A stretch of DNA of 64,000 bases from Azolla caroliniana (taxonomy: Eukaryota; Plantae; Polypodiophyta): assembly GCA_043228905.1 (NCBI GenBank), contig JBHGNT010000008.1, forward strand, positions 3,472,001 through 3,536,000, given 5' to 3'. Of the stretch, positions 36,793 to 60,371 are shown piece by piece. Position numbers and translations under genes: made by a program. Numbering within the stretch: position 1 is the first letter of the stretch; each line of letters begins with the position of its first letter. The notes under the pieces were generated by a model that had not been told where the DNA came from, made no database searches, and was given only the letters and a program-made list of their open reading frames with translations.

Positions 36793-42251
<5,459 letters not shown>

Positions 42252-43652
42252 AAGATGGAATTTGGTGTAAGATAGATTATTACTAGGGGTGGGGTATTCA
42301 TCCTCATCTGAGATCTCATTTGTGTGAACTTAAAAATCTATTGCTATATAAGTTTGGCCCTTGATTTGGGTGATTGTATCTAAAAATTGAATATATAAGC
42401 TCGAGTAATTTATACCAGCTTGTATGTGTTTTATCGTAGAATCAATCATTCAGTTTCCTCGATTTATACAAATCTTGTGTGAAGATCAATCTCAATTGTT
42501 GGAGTCCTCTCTATAAGCACAAAATGCATGGGAATTACACAAATGAATGCCATCATATTTGGCTTATGCTTCTATTTGTAGATGTCTGCTACAAATAGAC
42601 AACTATGGGTGAATTTTGGCTATCTATGACTAAATTACCACCACACTCTCTTGTGGGTGTTAATTATAATTATATATAAGGTAACATGTTTTATGTGAGA
42701 GTTGACATGTTTTCTTTTCAAGACATGATTGAAGTTGGTGATACTTATGATCAACCAACTTCATCTAGGTCATTAATGCCATAATTTCTTCCTAATGCTC
42801 CTTACATGGCATTGATATTTAATGTACATGGTTTTTGTGTGACTATGGTGGAATTTGTTGCTATAACCATTAGAAGGCATTTCCTTTCAACCTTGTAACT
42901 CAACGTATACTTACATTACAGGGCGTATTGCAGAAGCATATTGGTTATAGCTCATTTGACATACAACATTGAATACAATGCATGGAGCATCACTAAGGCT
43001 TGTCTACTTTTGAAGAATGATTGTATCGCTAAGTAGTAAAACTTGCGTGAAGTGCTTCGGGTTATAGAAATATTTGACTTTATTGCATGCCAAACCGCCA
43101 TCATTTTGCAGATGTTGTCCACCATAGAATGATTAAAAACTTGTAAAAGATTTATTAATAGGTTCCATAAATTTTTGAATAAAGGTAAATCATATTAGAT
43201 GGCAAGTGCACATGGTCACGAGTGTAAAAATGGATGTAGTGAACCTAAAATCTGGCTGTAATGAAAATCTCTTGTGGTATGGAATGATGTTTTTCATTCC
43301 AAAGAAAGTTTCCGACAACTTTGGTGGTGCGATGGTAATCGATGGGCAACTAAAAGAAGATTCAATGTGTGATGTTACAATAGAAGAACTCCCCACTTTT
43401 GGGTTTTGTATATGTAGAAGAAATGGGACATCTCCGTCGATTTGCAAGTTTTACAGGTAAAAGTGAAGACAATCTACTCGAAACTCCTTCACTTCCTTTT
43501 GATGTCCACATGAATGAGCCAAACATGTTTTGATAAAGGAAATCTTATTCCTCCACTTGTATTGCTTTATAAAATTCATAGGGATTGCTAGTGTTGTTGA
43601 AGAGTTGACATTGAAGTACCGAAAAGGAAAGTCGAAACCAAATTCGATGATT

Positions 43653-47897
<4,245 letters not shown>

Positions 47898-47986
47898 GGC
47901 TAATTACTGTATATAGGTAGGTATATAGTTGGGGAGATTTTGGATTGAAATTGGGATATGATAGACTTAGAGATGAATGTCTTCCA

Positions 47987-48040
47987 AGAAGAAGAAGAAG
48001 AAGAAGAAGAAGAAGAAGAAGAAGAAGAAGAAGAAGAAGA
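47987..48040. repeat. (GAA)n/(TTC)n microsatellite in the CYP707A 5' leader region
   Basis: About 18 perfect units. Confidence 0.9.
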
Positions 48041-49029
48041 TTAACAAATCAAAGCCATAGAATGTGTTGCCTTATGTCTCTTTTGAGTGTCTTTCTCTAT
48101 GTATATATACACATTATACATATATACATGTACATATATATATGTGTGTGTGTGTGTATATGTGGGACCTCTCTATGTCTACTAGTTCTTTCTTCCTAAG
48201 TGTGTATGTGTGTGAACGTGTGTGTTTATTATCAAGTGAATTGTAAAGGTGAAAGATAAAGACTTTAAGAATGAGAGGGTCATCACTTACCTCACTAAAC
48301 CATTTACGGAAACGTATGACCACGACAGCCCGATGGCGATGGCGATGGCGACGACGACTCCCCTTCCACTTGGCATGACCCCATTGAAAAACCCGAAAGA
48401 AACAAACCACCGAGGGGCCCACCTTTCCTTTTGTCCCCTCGCTTGCTTGACCACTCACTCTATGGGGAGGGGTGGTCTTTGTGGTCAAAGTCAAGGCCAC
48501 CTTCTGGCCTCAGTCATGACTTCTTACTTATCTCAATGTGTGTGTGTGTGTGTGGAGAACGTGGTACAACTAGCTTTCTACCTAGGACCCCGTACTTTTA
48601 TCTCGATGTTTCTCAACCCTAGTGAAGCTAGCCTTCTTCTACCTCCGACCCCTTACTTCGGCTCAATGTTTCTAGAAAAACGGCCTCGGCACCACTGGAT
48701 CACTGAGGCTTGCTTTTTAACCTTGCTTCGAGTGACTGAACATTAATTTTAGTCAAGCTCCCTCCATTCTATTCTGCCTAGTGGCTCTTGGTTTGCTTCA
48801 ATGCTTTTGGAAAGGATTTAAATGCCAAAGGCATCTATCTATCTATACTTCATGTCTTGATGCATGTTAAATAGTATTGTGCTTGGTTCATTTTTGGATA
48901 CCATGAGGTTGTATGAAGACTAGTAGCTTTCAAGTGTGAATTCTTTACCTGAGGAATCCCACTAAGAATTAGTAGCAATTCGGTATTTTAACATACTAAA
49001 AAAAATGCTATGGTAATCCAAGACTTGGG

Positions 49030-50190
49030 TTATACAATAACAAGGGTGTTGTAACACTTCATCACTACACATTAGGAAATTAGAAAGACGATACACTTCT
49101 TAAGAAACTCTCACCGTGGTTTGTGTGAGAGAGCCTTGTAAAATTTAGTAGCACAATGCTATCTAACACAAGTCTACAAGAGACGTTGTTGTAATCTAAT
49201 TTTGTGTACCACAACAAGGGCATTACAACACTTAACACTACACATAAGGAAATTAGAAAAATGACAAAATTCTTAAGATACTCTTTGACTTTAAATTATT
49301 TGTGAGGTAAGTGCACCATGTTATGTGCTAGAGAACAAAGTAAGAACTATTAGCACTATTAGATTTAACTCACTAAAAAACACAATTGTAATATGGTCTA
49401 ACATGCAACAACAAGGGCATTGCAACACTCAAGCCCTACACATAAGGAAACCAAAAAGAGGACAGAATTCTTAAGATACCCTTTGACCTTTAAGGTTTTA
49501 ATGAGGTAAGCTCACCGCGTTTTGTGTGAGAGAGATGGATTGCTATAAAAAAACATCACTTTATTCATAACTTTGACTTTCTGTAAAATATATTTATGAG
49601 GTACATAATGAACAAGGTGGGCCATCACACGGTGATAGGTGGCTAATTTGAAGTCTCAAGCTTAATTCACTTGATAGAGCTTGGTTGAGCTACAAAAATG
49701 TATCGTCCTTATGATACATTTGACTTTTTATAAATTTATGACAGTGATGAAAAGGGGTGGGAAGGCAAGTTGCTTTAAAGTCATGAGCTTAGCTTATAGG
49801 TCTCTAGAGAGAGCTTGACTCTATAGAAAGGCATCACTCTTACGATACCTTTGACCCTTAGTATATTTATGAGGTAGGTGGGTGACGAGAAGGGTTGTAA
49901 GAAGGCAAATGGCTTTGAAGTCCGGAGGCTTCTTCATTCTCAAGAGATTGACTTGTATACCAAGGGATGAGAAGAATAATACCCTCGACTTTTGATACAA
50001 CTAAAAGCTATGAGTAATGAAGATGAAGGCTTGACTACTATAGAAAGGATCCATACCAATGATACATTTGACCTTTGATGTATTAATATGATGAAAAGGC
50101 AATTACTTTAAAAATTAGTCGGAGATGAATTGATTATTATAAAAAGGCATGACACTTATGAATTGTGCCTTTGACATTTGATAAAGTATG
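49030..50190. repeat. Degenerate tandem repeat region
   Basis: ACAAGGG..TT..AACACT...CTACACATAAGGAAA...TTCTTAAGA three times (~49040, 49214, 49411), then several GATAC.TTTGAC.TTT units. Confidence 0.65.
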
Positions 50191-50399
50191 TGACATAGGT
50201 AATATTCAAAGGGGTAAGTCATATTCAAAGGGTAGGTTCACTTTTCTCTTTGAGGTGTAAAATAAATTGCTCATTTTTCTCTAAAGAAAGACGAAATTTA
50301 ACATCCCTTTCTATTGAAATGAGATGTAAAGTGCTCTTGTTTCACCAAAGAACGCGGTATGGTCGGATGTTTTTACATTTTCATAGTGAAAACTACACT

Positions 50400-51100
50400 A
50401 ATATACAACTATAGAAACTCTTGTGGATGTTATGCTACACACTAGCACATTGAGTCACCAATAGATGTTAAGTCACATCCAAGAACCAATACTATGCGAT
50501 GTTCTTCGATAGATGTTTGTGATACCAAGGTTTGATGGAGTGTGAAGATAAAGAAGGTTGTGGTCATTGGTTCACAAGCAAACACTAAGTATGCTAGGGC
50601 ATCCACAATTGCAACATCAACAAGGAGATAAGACAATGCAATATTTTCCAAGAGATAAAGACAATCATGGTGGTTGGGCCACCTACAAAAACTAGGAATG
50701 CCATGACAATCATGAGGTGGAGTTGCACCGGTGTCCCAAATTTGGAAAGCGTTTTAAAAATTGTTCAATATCCCAATATATAAACAAACGGGGATTTATA
50801 TTCAAGAAAGGACCTCAAATTGAAGGGTACAACTTTCATCATCATAGGCCATAGCTTTGATCAACCAATATTTCCATCGTTAAAAGTATTACATTAGACA
50901 ATCACTATCTTCTCATTTTTTGTCTAATTTGTATCCAATGTGTGCTTGTCAAATGAACCTCATTACATGTTCTTGAAGCTTTGGGTTGCAAGACAACCAT
51001 AGCTCCAAAATGCAGAGGCACATTTTTTACAAATGACCGAATCCTCATTAGTATTTGTCCAAGCATGTGAAGCCACACTCATTCAAGTCTTTTAAGCCCC
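50400..51100 (-). mobile_element. Highly decayed copia remnant
   Basis: Minus-strand traces of the protease (WDTGAT near 50720-50742) and a GCxAY-like integrase C-terminal motif near 50590. Confidence 0.35.
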
Positions 51101-52353
51101 ATTTGTGAACCCCAAGCTTTTATGTCTCATTTCAAGTTTCTCATTGGTTGATAGTGAGGACCAACATTCGCCATTGCTCATTGATATTGACCTCTCTTGG
51201 CTTATGTCAAGAGTTCTTAGTGAGAGGAAAAGCTTGATCACGTGTGTATAAAAATATGTATACGAATAGGGTGCAACCACATGTTATTTATCCTTTCAAA
51301 ATAACTATTATTACTTTAGATATTTGTATGACCCATTGTAATTGAAAATGGTGTTTCGCACCGTGATATGTCTTAGTCGCCCATGTGTTTTATGCTAAAT
51401 TAAATGTGATTAATTTTGACAAGTTGACAACTAGTCATGATGCCCAAGAACGTTATGCACATTTAAGAGAAACATCTATAAGTATTCTATGACTATTTCT
51501 AGCTTTATTGTACAACTGTAACATGCAACATGGTTTACGACATGTTCAAAATCGCATTTTGGTTTTGTCAAATTGCCAAGACTTGCAATACTAACAAGAA
51601 ATAATGCTAGCAATAGTCTTGGCATGAGGAGATATGTTGGATGTAGTACAGAATAGACACATCAATTTTATTAAAAGGATTTTAGTATCAACTATATCAG
51701 GTTTTGGCCTAATCAAGACCTTGCATTATGCACAAGTGGCTATGGAAGGCATTGTTTTTATATTCACAATTGCCGTATTCTAGTAGATTGGAGGCCTTGG
51801 TAGACACCACATTATTAAAGAAATTGTTTTGCAAACTTAAGATAAGGTCACAAGGAAGTCCATGTTGGAACAATAATATAAATGGTTTTAGGTGCCCTAT
51901 TATTCTAATGAATATGTGTTCGAGAAAATGTGGTTTGCATTATTGATTGGTTACGATGTTTCAAACTCAAAAGTGGGTTAAATGGTCCCAAGGCATGCCA
52001 GATGTTGAAGCTAGGTTGTTTAGAAATATAATGGAATTTACTTCTATTGGTTTACTATAACTACTTCATAGTAATAACTACTTTTAACTAGTTATTGCTG
52101 TTGCTTTCATGGTGGCCACATTTTCTTGCAAAAAGGTGTGAGCTATATATTGCATTTAGGGCAATGGATATTATGGTGATGGCATAGTTTAGAATATCAA
52201 TTCATCACAAGTTATTTTCATGTCAACATGGGATTAATTCTAGGTTTCCATTTTTTAAGTGCGATTCAATCAACATTGATTCACAAGACCTAAGTTTCTT
52301 GAATTCAACCTTGGAGAATATATTTAAAATGGAAAAGAATTTATCAAGGGTTA

Positions 52354-52561
52354 TGTGGTGGACATATCTGAGACCTCTTTGGAATACTCTAAAACTGGAC
52401 AACTATGAAACCCACATGATCAATTGGAATGTTCTAGAATATGACCCTTGATAATAGTTTAGAACTATTAAAGGATGTAACCATTGTATTGTAGTTTCAA
52501 AAACAAACAATTCTTCTCTTCTCAATCAAAATTCAAGTTAATGAAGATATTAAAGAATATG

Positions 52562-52612
<51 letters not shown>

Positions 52613-53765
52613 ATCGTTTTTGCCTTTGACCCCACCTCTAGGTCGTAGCCTAGTCTCATGCCGTAGTTTTCTCGTGAAAATTTATTTGTTTCGATGGCAC
52701 ACAATCACCATGTAGGTCAATACTTTGAACTATCTCTTCATCTATTGTAGATTATGGAAGCCCTCATCGTCACTATGCTAAGAGAATTATCAACGTTATC
52801 GAGCCCTTGCTCCAACGCCCTTCCAATCCATTAGGCACACTAGCAATGTGGCCACCCCAATCCAAGATTAGCCTACCAAAGAAGTTTGGAACTCATAGTT
52901 AATTCCATACATTCATGAAACTAGTGCAAGTTCTTTTTGCAATTGCACCCCCATGTGCGCCCTAGAGACATAACATGCATTAATAACATTGGTACATGTC
53001 TTCCTCACCAAAATCATTATTTTCTTAGTTTGCATCCTTGCTCCATGATTGCAATGATTTGGTTGAGCTAAACACCCTTGCAATGTTGGAACATACTACC
53101 CTATGAAGTCGATAATTTGGCCAAACATTGAACTTATGGGCATAATGTAATGGTTACCTACCTATAAAGCGGCATCAAGATTCATGCCCTTACAATTCAC
53201 ATAAACCAAGAAAACATTGCTCTTGAACCCCTTACTCTATGGTATATTATTCTTGCTTGCCAAACCACTTGGTGATCTACTCAATCTTCCATGTATTACT
53301 ATGAACCACATGTCTCCTTCGAGATACTAGGTTGCATCCTAAAACCACTTGAGGAAGAATGGGGGGAAATCAAAGAAATTTTCCTATAGTCATTCTAAAG
53401 AACCGCAAAATAGCTCACACACTATAAAGACCTAGCCAATGAATTTCAAATGATACTTAAACGAGCTAGGATCAATGACACTAGAAGTTACCATTGGAGG
53501 GGAGGGTGTTGTTGTGAACATATCTCAAACCTCATTGGTATGCTACAAAAATATAACAAGTATAGAATCGATACCGATATGTTTGAAACCTCACAAGAAT
53601 ACTCTAGAATTGCACAATTGTGGAATCAACTAGAATGTTTTAGAACATGACCCTTGTTAATAGTCTTACAATATAAAACGATGCAATCCATTATAATTTA
53701 GTCTCAAAATATAAAACCCATTGTACAATATAAAACTCCTTTATTTTCTTCTTTATTATGATTTA
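52354..53765 (+). mobile_element. Old, internally deleted chromovirus-like element
   Basis: Diverged LTR pair starting TGTGGTGGACATATCT (52354) and TGTTGTGAACATATCT (~53510) that share a GAA.ATGACCCTTG.TAATAGT block; PPT GGAGGGGAGGG; gag remnant PKISLPKKF (~52862) resembles EPKIGLPAKF of the 3541 element. Confidence 0.6.
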
Positions 53766-54216
53766 TGTTACAGGCATGACCATATAATATCCCGCGGTGA
53801 GAATGTACCGTAGTATTCTATACACATTGATAAAGTGTGAGGGTTAAACGAGAGTGTAAAGAAGGGGAGGATTACTTTTAATCCTCGGGATTGAGACAAC
53901 CCATTAGGCCAAGTGTGAACTTGCATGGGGGCCTTGGGTCTGGCTATAAATATGAGGCCTGGCTACCCTCATTTGATCATCTCTTGACTACGTCGAGACT
54001 CCGTTCTTGTGGTGGGTTAACTCTTGTAGCGCTAGCACCAGGTATGACTCAACGCCACGACGGTAGTATGGGACGCCGATTGAGGCTCGAGTCCGTCTTG
54101 ATCCCTTCGCTCGGGGGTGGTCGGGTGGATCGACACCCTTCTTTCTCTCTCTCCTTTCTTATTAATCTATCATTCTTATCCTTATCATATGCTTACTTTA
54201 GAACATAACTCTAACA
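53766..54216 (+). mobile_element. Solo LTR (451 bp)
   Basis: TGTTA...TAACA termini; flanks ATTTA/GTTTA (5-bp TSD with one mismatch); internal TATAAATA. Confidence 0.75.
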
Positions 54217-55315
54217 GTTTAAGCGATTGCAACCCAACATTAATGATTATTTGAATATAACTAATCCCTTTTACTCATTTCTTGCATTGTCTCTCTCTTC
54301 TCCATATTCTTGCTTTGTTATGCCTTGTCGAGCCTTAGGTTGCACCCAAGTCTCCTATGCTTCAATTGCCTAGCTTTTACATGGTGGTAACAATTTTGGA
54401 AAACAAGAACAAGAAAGTGGGCCATTTCTAGGCATGTAATAATGTGACTTAGATATACAATGGAGTTTCAACAGTTCTAATACAAATTGATTAAGTATGA
54501 TAGAATGTCCATTCAAGTCCAACATCTTAGTGATCAACAACTTATACACCATGGCCTCTATGCACAACTAAAATATTATTTTGGAAAAATATTAATGTTC
54601 GAAGATAGTATACCCTTAAAATGTTCACTATTTTTGTCCTCACAAGATGGCGTGAAATAGATTTAATAGGTTGTGGGTTCAAGTTAAGGAAATGCAACAT
54701 TTGTGGATAGGCAAAATATAATTTCTTGAATTTAAGGTAAGTGGCTCTAGGTTGCTTCTTCGATGTGGAACATTACTAAGTTAGACACACACCCTTTTGA
54801 TGATGATGATTTATGTAAGTCTAGATCCTAGATTCTAAATTTATGATCTCTTCTATGCAAATGCAACAACCTTGAGACAATTACAAGATAACATAAAATA
54901 ATGTTTGAGATGGTAAACGAGTCAAATATAAACTCCTAATGCTTAAGATTGATAGAAATAAAGATAGAAAGTGGATAAGGATGATAATAGTCATAACTTT
55001 TATTTATGAAGTGTAGTGAAGCATTGCACTCAAAACACCGCATGTGTTTACTAAATGTGATAAACTACATTCGTCTAGAAAACTAAAAATAAATCCAAAA
55101 AGGTGTAAGACAAAAGGATGTATGCGTGATGTTTCATCATTTTGCAAAGATTTTTTTGAAGCACTAACCCAATTGCAATACAAATTTCAACTTTTTGGCC
55201 GCATGCTTTGTATCTAATTATCGAGTTTAAGGTCCAAATGTCCGGAGATTCTATTCATAATAATTTATAATGAGCACATTTGACATATTTTAATTCCCCT
55301 TTTATCTCGCAATCC

Positions 55316-55990
55316 ACCTTTCTATGTTGTGTCACATTTCTTTGACACTTCAAATACGCGGATTGTTGTACTTTCATCGCACCGACATTATCCTATTGCA
55401 TCCATTACATATGCCACTTAAATATAAAATATCATATAACTTGCTTACGTCCAAATCACAACCTTTTCTCATCCATCACTTTTAAATGTTTATGAGTTGG
55501 TACATCTTCTCAAATAAGGACTCTTGATTTCTCAAATGCTTGTCACATTACTTGTGTGTCCTACAACACAAAGGCAATGTATGCCGTTTTCAAGGTTTGT
55601 TTGAAACCAGATTTTTTATTGCTTTGATTTCATGCTTCCACTTGGATGATAGATAGTGGGCTTTAGGAAGATCCAACCTCAACATATTTGAAGCCTTTTC
55701 ATGCTCCTTTACTCTTGCAACTTACCTTTCTATGTCTTGTCACATTACTAAACTCATTTCAAATACTTGAATTATTGTACTTTTATTGCACTTTAGATCC
55801 ATTACATATACCCCTTCGATAATTGTTTTATAACTTGGTTATGACCAAATCCATGCTTTCTCATCCACCCCTTTGAATGTCTATGAGTTGCTACCCCTTC
55901 ACAAATAATGACTCTTGCTTTCTCCAATATTTGTTGCATACTTATGTGCTCTCAAACCATGAATGAAATCTATCAAATTTTATTGAAATG
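55316..55990. repeat. Degenerate ~410-bp tandem duplication
   Basis: ACCTTTCTATGT..TGTCACATT...TTCAAATAC...ATCCATTACATAT...TTCTCATCCA..TATGAGTTG at ~55316 and ~55725. Confidence 0.7.
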
Positions 55991-56613
55991 CGAGATTTAT
56001 TGATCTTTTTTTAAAATCAAAGATTCAATTTAGATTCCTACGGGGAGTTCTATATATGTTCGTGCCTTGTAAATGTCTATGCCTTAATTAGTTTGCTTCT
56101 TTGTATTTATTTACATGATTGTGAAGTTTTCTAAATTTAAACGGAACTTATATAGTTCTTTTATTGCATATTTAATAATCATGAGTTAGTGGCAAATCCT
56201 ATAACAATCTTCTCATTGTAAATATTTTACAATAAACCGCAATATTCACAATTCAAGTTTCCATAGTCCTGCCTGACTCAGTCAACGTATCCTATGGAAC
56301 CCATGTATCAAGGATGAATCTAATCAACTACTGGGATCACATAAGGGGTTGTCATGGGGATACATTGTAGAAGGTCTAGGAAAAAGTATAGAATGTTGAC
56401 GATGATTTATGTCACTGCCACTACAAGATCAAGCCAACATACTCCATTGAATTAGGGGCGGATGGACTATGAGATCGGAAATCATTAATGCTCTATTGAT
56501 TAGGGAAATTGCTACTCAAAGGAAGACAATGGAGAAATGGATAGGCTATGAGGAGGAGGGATCTCTGATCCTGAGAGGTAGGGGAACACCAGATAGGATC
56601 GAAGGCTTTGAAT

Positions 56614-59600
56614 TGTGAGACACTGAGACACCAACACAAAATTACGCAATTCAAGTACTCGCGTTGTCGTGAAGATGCGTGTGTGTGCGTGCTTCGCTTG
56701 AGCGGGACCACCGGGGTCTCAGACCGGGGAGGACGTTCGCGAAATTGTCGAAAAGATGACGATGTGTATGTAGGAATCGAGGAAACTAATGTCACACTTG
56801 AGAAGATCAAAGATTTTACACTTGAGAAGAAGATAGATTTCAAGAAGAATATTAAGAAGAAGATTATAGATGGTGATGATAATGATATCACATATTGAGC
56901 CCCCCCGTTACACAAGCCTTACGAGGGTTTTTATAGGTCTATCCATGCACAAAACCATGGGCTTGGACCCATGGTTTTTGGGCACATGGTTTTTCTTGTG
57001 GCATGCACAAAACCATGGGCTTGGAACATGGTTTTGTGCACACGGTTTTTCTTGTGGCATGCACAAAACCATGGGCTTGGAACATGGTTTTGTGCACACG
57101 GTTTTGTACAGTTGTTTTCCTATGTCTTTTGAATATGAAAAGAAATTTACATAATATCGAAAGTACTTGGTAGTTGCCCTAATGGGAAGATAAATGTCTT
57201 CTATCCGAGGTGCAAGGTTCAAATCTTGCTTGCACACCTCTATATGCACTCGAATACCACTAGGCCTTATGATAATTTTCATATTTATAATCGTTTGTGT
57301 AATGTGCGTGGAACTACACTATTTCACAGTTTCTCCCACCAAATCGCACATCCTTCAGCATGTGCCAAGAAGAAAAGAGTGATGTGGTGGACTCAAAGGT
57401 GGTTGGCCTTTGATTTCTTTCTTTCTTACGCCTCGCCTACGTCGGCCTTTGTCCTCCATTTTGAGCACATGCATTCCTTCCACCCGAACCATCATCACCA
57501 CCCGATCAACCATATCATTCGCTCGCCCTTCGCATTGCCATGACCACTTTGCATAGCCCCTTTTGCTCCTCCTGAGCGTAACCCTTCATGCATCGTACAT
57601 GTGCCGCTTTCATCTCGACCATCTCCTTGGTCATCAAACTTCCTCCGATCGGCCTTTCTCGTCTCATTCTTTCCTTTCCTCATGCTCACTAGCCTCGACC
57701 GGGTGTCGCGACTCGTCTGCTTCAACCTACGGTTAGGTCGGCTCAACTTCTGTCTGGATCGGTCTCGACCAATCAACTTCTCGCTTGGTCAGCCTTCGTC
57801 CGGATTTGCATTCAGCCAAATTGGACTAAGATGAACGACTTCCATCCGGGTCGGCTTCCGTCCGGGTTTCGGTTGGGTCGGGCCCGATTGATTAGTTCCC
57901 GTCTGGAGCGGCTTCCGTTCGGGTCGGAATACTAACCACGTCATCTTCCATCCGGATTGTATTCCGGTTCTTCCTTTCTTGCCGTTCTCTGGCTCTTCAT
58001 CGAACTCTATTGTAGCTTTGTTTTTGGTCTCCTTGTTGGCCACTGTTCCTCTATATGCAGGGGCTTCGACCCTCATCTCCTCGTCGCCACCTTCCATCTC
58101 TCCGGTCTTATGTTGGCTCTCGGACACAATTGCTGAAGTCTCCGGAACCGGTGTGGAGGGATCCCTTCGTCTGTGGTCATTCACCTCGTCTTCCTCATCT
58201 CCGTTTTGGTCCTTCAATTTCTTGTTGCCACCTTCCGTCTCTCCAATCTCACATTGGCAATCAGGCACAACTGCCGAAGTCTCAGGAACAATTGTGGGGA
58301 GAGCCTCAGGCACCATCGGTCACCGTCTTTTCATCCATAGCCATCTTTCGCTCAATGTTGTTATTCACATTGTCTTCAATATTTGCTTCCCCACCACTTT
58401 CCGTCTCTTGGGTCTCATGTTGGCTCTTGGACACAACTTCCGAAGTCTCTAGATCAAGTGTTGGGAAAGTCTCGACATGGTCATCCGCCGTGGACTCTTC
58501 CATAACCATCTGCGACTCGATGTCGTTCCTTGTGACTACCGCCTCAATCACGTTGACCTCACACTCTTTACATCCCTTGATCACAAAAGCTTTCCTCATG
58601 CTTGCACCTTCATCACTCGATATTTCGGACACAACATGTGTTCCGAAATGCTCATCCACTCTTAAAGCAGCATTTCCCGTTCTTGAGTCTTCGGCCTTTC
58701 TCTTGATCTTCATTCCTCCGCAAGTCGAGAAGGTGGCTTGTTTCACACCTTCTCCCGTGGTACTGTCGTACCAAACCTGGGCCTTCGTATTGGCCGTATC
58801 ATTAGTCTGCATTTGTCGGGAGGTTTCCTCTTCGTCGATCACCAGTTGCCTCGGTTTTGGCTCCATTCTAAGCTTCTCTTTGGCCTTGACTTGCACCTTT
58901 AAACTCTTATATGCCTCCTTTACGAAGGCTTCTATGTCGAGTACCAACCTATCTCCCCACTTCGAGCTCTCTTCCTTTAGTGGTGGCACATTGTTGCATG
59001 TCGTTCCTCTTCGATCTTCCCTCATGGGTCGTGACAATGTCGACAAGATTCCTATCTTCCTCTTGTCATATCGCCGGCATACTCTTTCAACTTCGGCCCA
59101 ATTCTCGGTGAGGCCATTTGCTCCATCATCGTCTTCAAGTTGGATTCCAAGTGCCTTCCTTTCCTTTCGATCAACTGACTTTACAAACATAAGGACTTTA
59201 CTCATCCCCACCAATCCTTGATCCCTCTCCGAGAGTTGAGCGAAGCGACACTCAAACTCAATAAATGCATGCATAACACTCTGGTGAGTCTTTGTTCATG
59301 ACACCCATTGGTCAAACTCGTATAGACCTCGTCTCTTTAGCTCTTCATAACCATATACCTCTCGTAAAGCTTCCTCGAAGGACACCCATGAATCGTGAAG
59401 TTTTTGAAGCTCTTTCATCTCTTTGTAGATTGGTTCGGCCACCACTCGACAAAAGTACTCTAGCCTCATTGCTTCGTTCAAACCTCTCGAATCCATCTCG
59501 GCATTGTATGCCTTTAGAAAATTTTGGACTATGCCCCCGTCGAAATAGTCGACTTGCTTGACCACGCTTTCGACGGCTTGTTGGGCTGCATCTCGTCTTT

Positions 59601-60370
59601 TACCTTCTCTCAAAAATTCCATCATCATTTTCGACATTGCCTTCATGAGATATTCCTCGTCCATCTTCATCCTCCCCTACCGCTCTTCACGTCGGGTTCA
59701 CCACTTAAGATGTCGAGGAAATCCTCGCGTGTTTGCGAAATGAAGCGGGACCATCGATGTTTTTTAGCACCGGAAGGATTCGATGTTTTTTAGCACCGGA
59801 AGGATTCGATGTTTTTTAGCAGCGTAAGCGAGAAAGTATTTAAGATAGATAGATGGATGAACAGAGAGAGAGTGAGATTGAGATAGAGATTGAACCCTTG
59901 ACTTTAGGTTTACGAGACAAGATACATCACCATTAGGATAACTCAGATCTAGTTTCTTTTTTTACTTACATCACTTCCCTCCCTATACAAGCCCAACTAT
60001 AGGCTTTTATAGGTCTCTCCATGCAAAAACCATGGGCTAAACCACGGGCTAAAACTGTGGGCTGAAACCATGGGCTAAAACCACGAGTTGAAACCATGGG
60101 CTAAAACCATGGTTTTGTGCCCACGGTTTCTATGTATTTGCTTCCTACAAAATACTGAATATGAAAAGAAAATATACAAATTCTATAACACTCAGTAGTG
60201 GCTTTAGTGGTAAGTTAATTTGTTTCTTATCTTGGTGGTGCAATGTTCAAGCCTTGCTTCAACCCTTATGTATGCACTTAAATGTTGCTAGGCTTTAGTC
60301 TTATTTTTATATTTACAATTGAGCACACATCACACGTGCACATGTTTTAACTTTACATCTAGCTTTTCTG
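56614..60370 (-). mobile_element. Non-autonomous (gag-only) Ty3/gypsy-type element with a tRNA-Trp PBS; LTR-like ends 56614-57350 and 59711-~60370, the latter cut by another insertion
   Basis: PBS TGGTGAACCCGACGTGAA (59703-59686) matches the 3' end of plant tRNA-Trp; gag-like ORFs 59296-59670 and 58306-59274 start right after it; no pol motifs. The LTRs share TTTTATAGGTCT..CCATGC, AAAACCATGGGCT repeats and a tRNA-like block. Confidence 0.75.
58306..59670 (-). pseudogene. Frameshifted gag-like ORF of the Trp-primed element
   Basis: FDGGIVQNFLKAYNAEM...WVSFEEALREVY and FIEFECRFAQLS resemble retrotransposon capsid motifs; split between frames. Confidence 0.6.
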
Positions 60371-60371
60371 T

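Noticed and set aside
54648-54690. Another GGTTCAAG B-box-like motif
   Set aside because: No A box at canonical spacing
58055-59221. 388-aa plus-strand ORF
   Set aside because: Antisense shadow of the gag-like minus-strand ORF; Ser-rich with no motifs
59686-59703. tRNA-Trp gene
   Set aside because: Only the 3'-terminal 18 nt with encoded CCA, next to an LTR: this is a PBS
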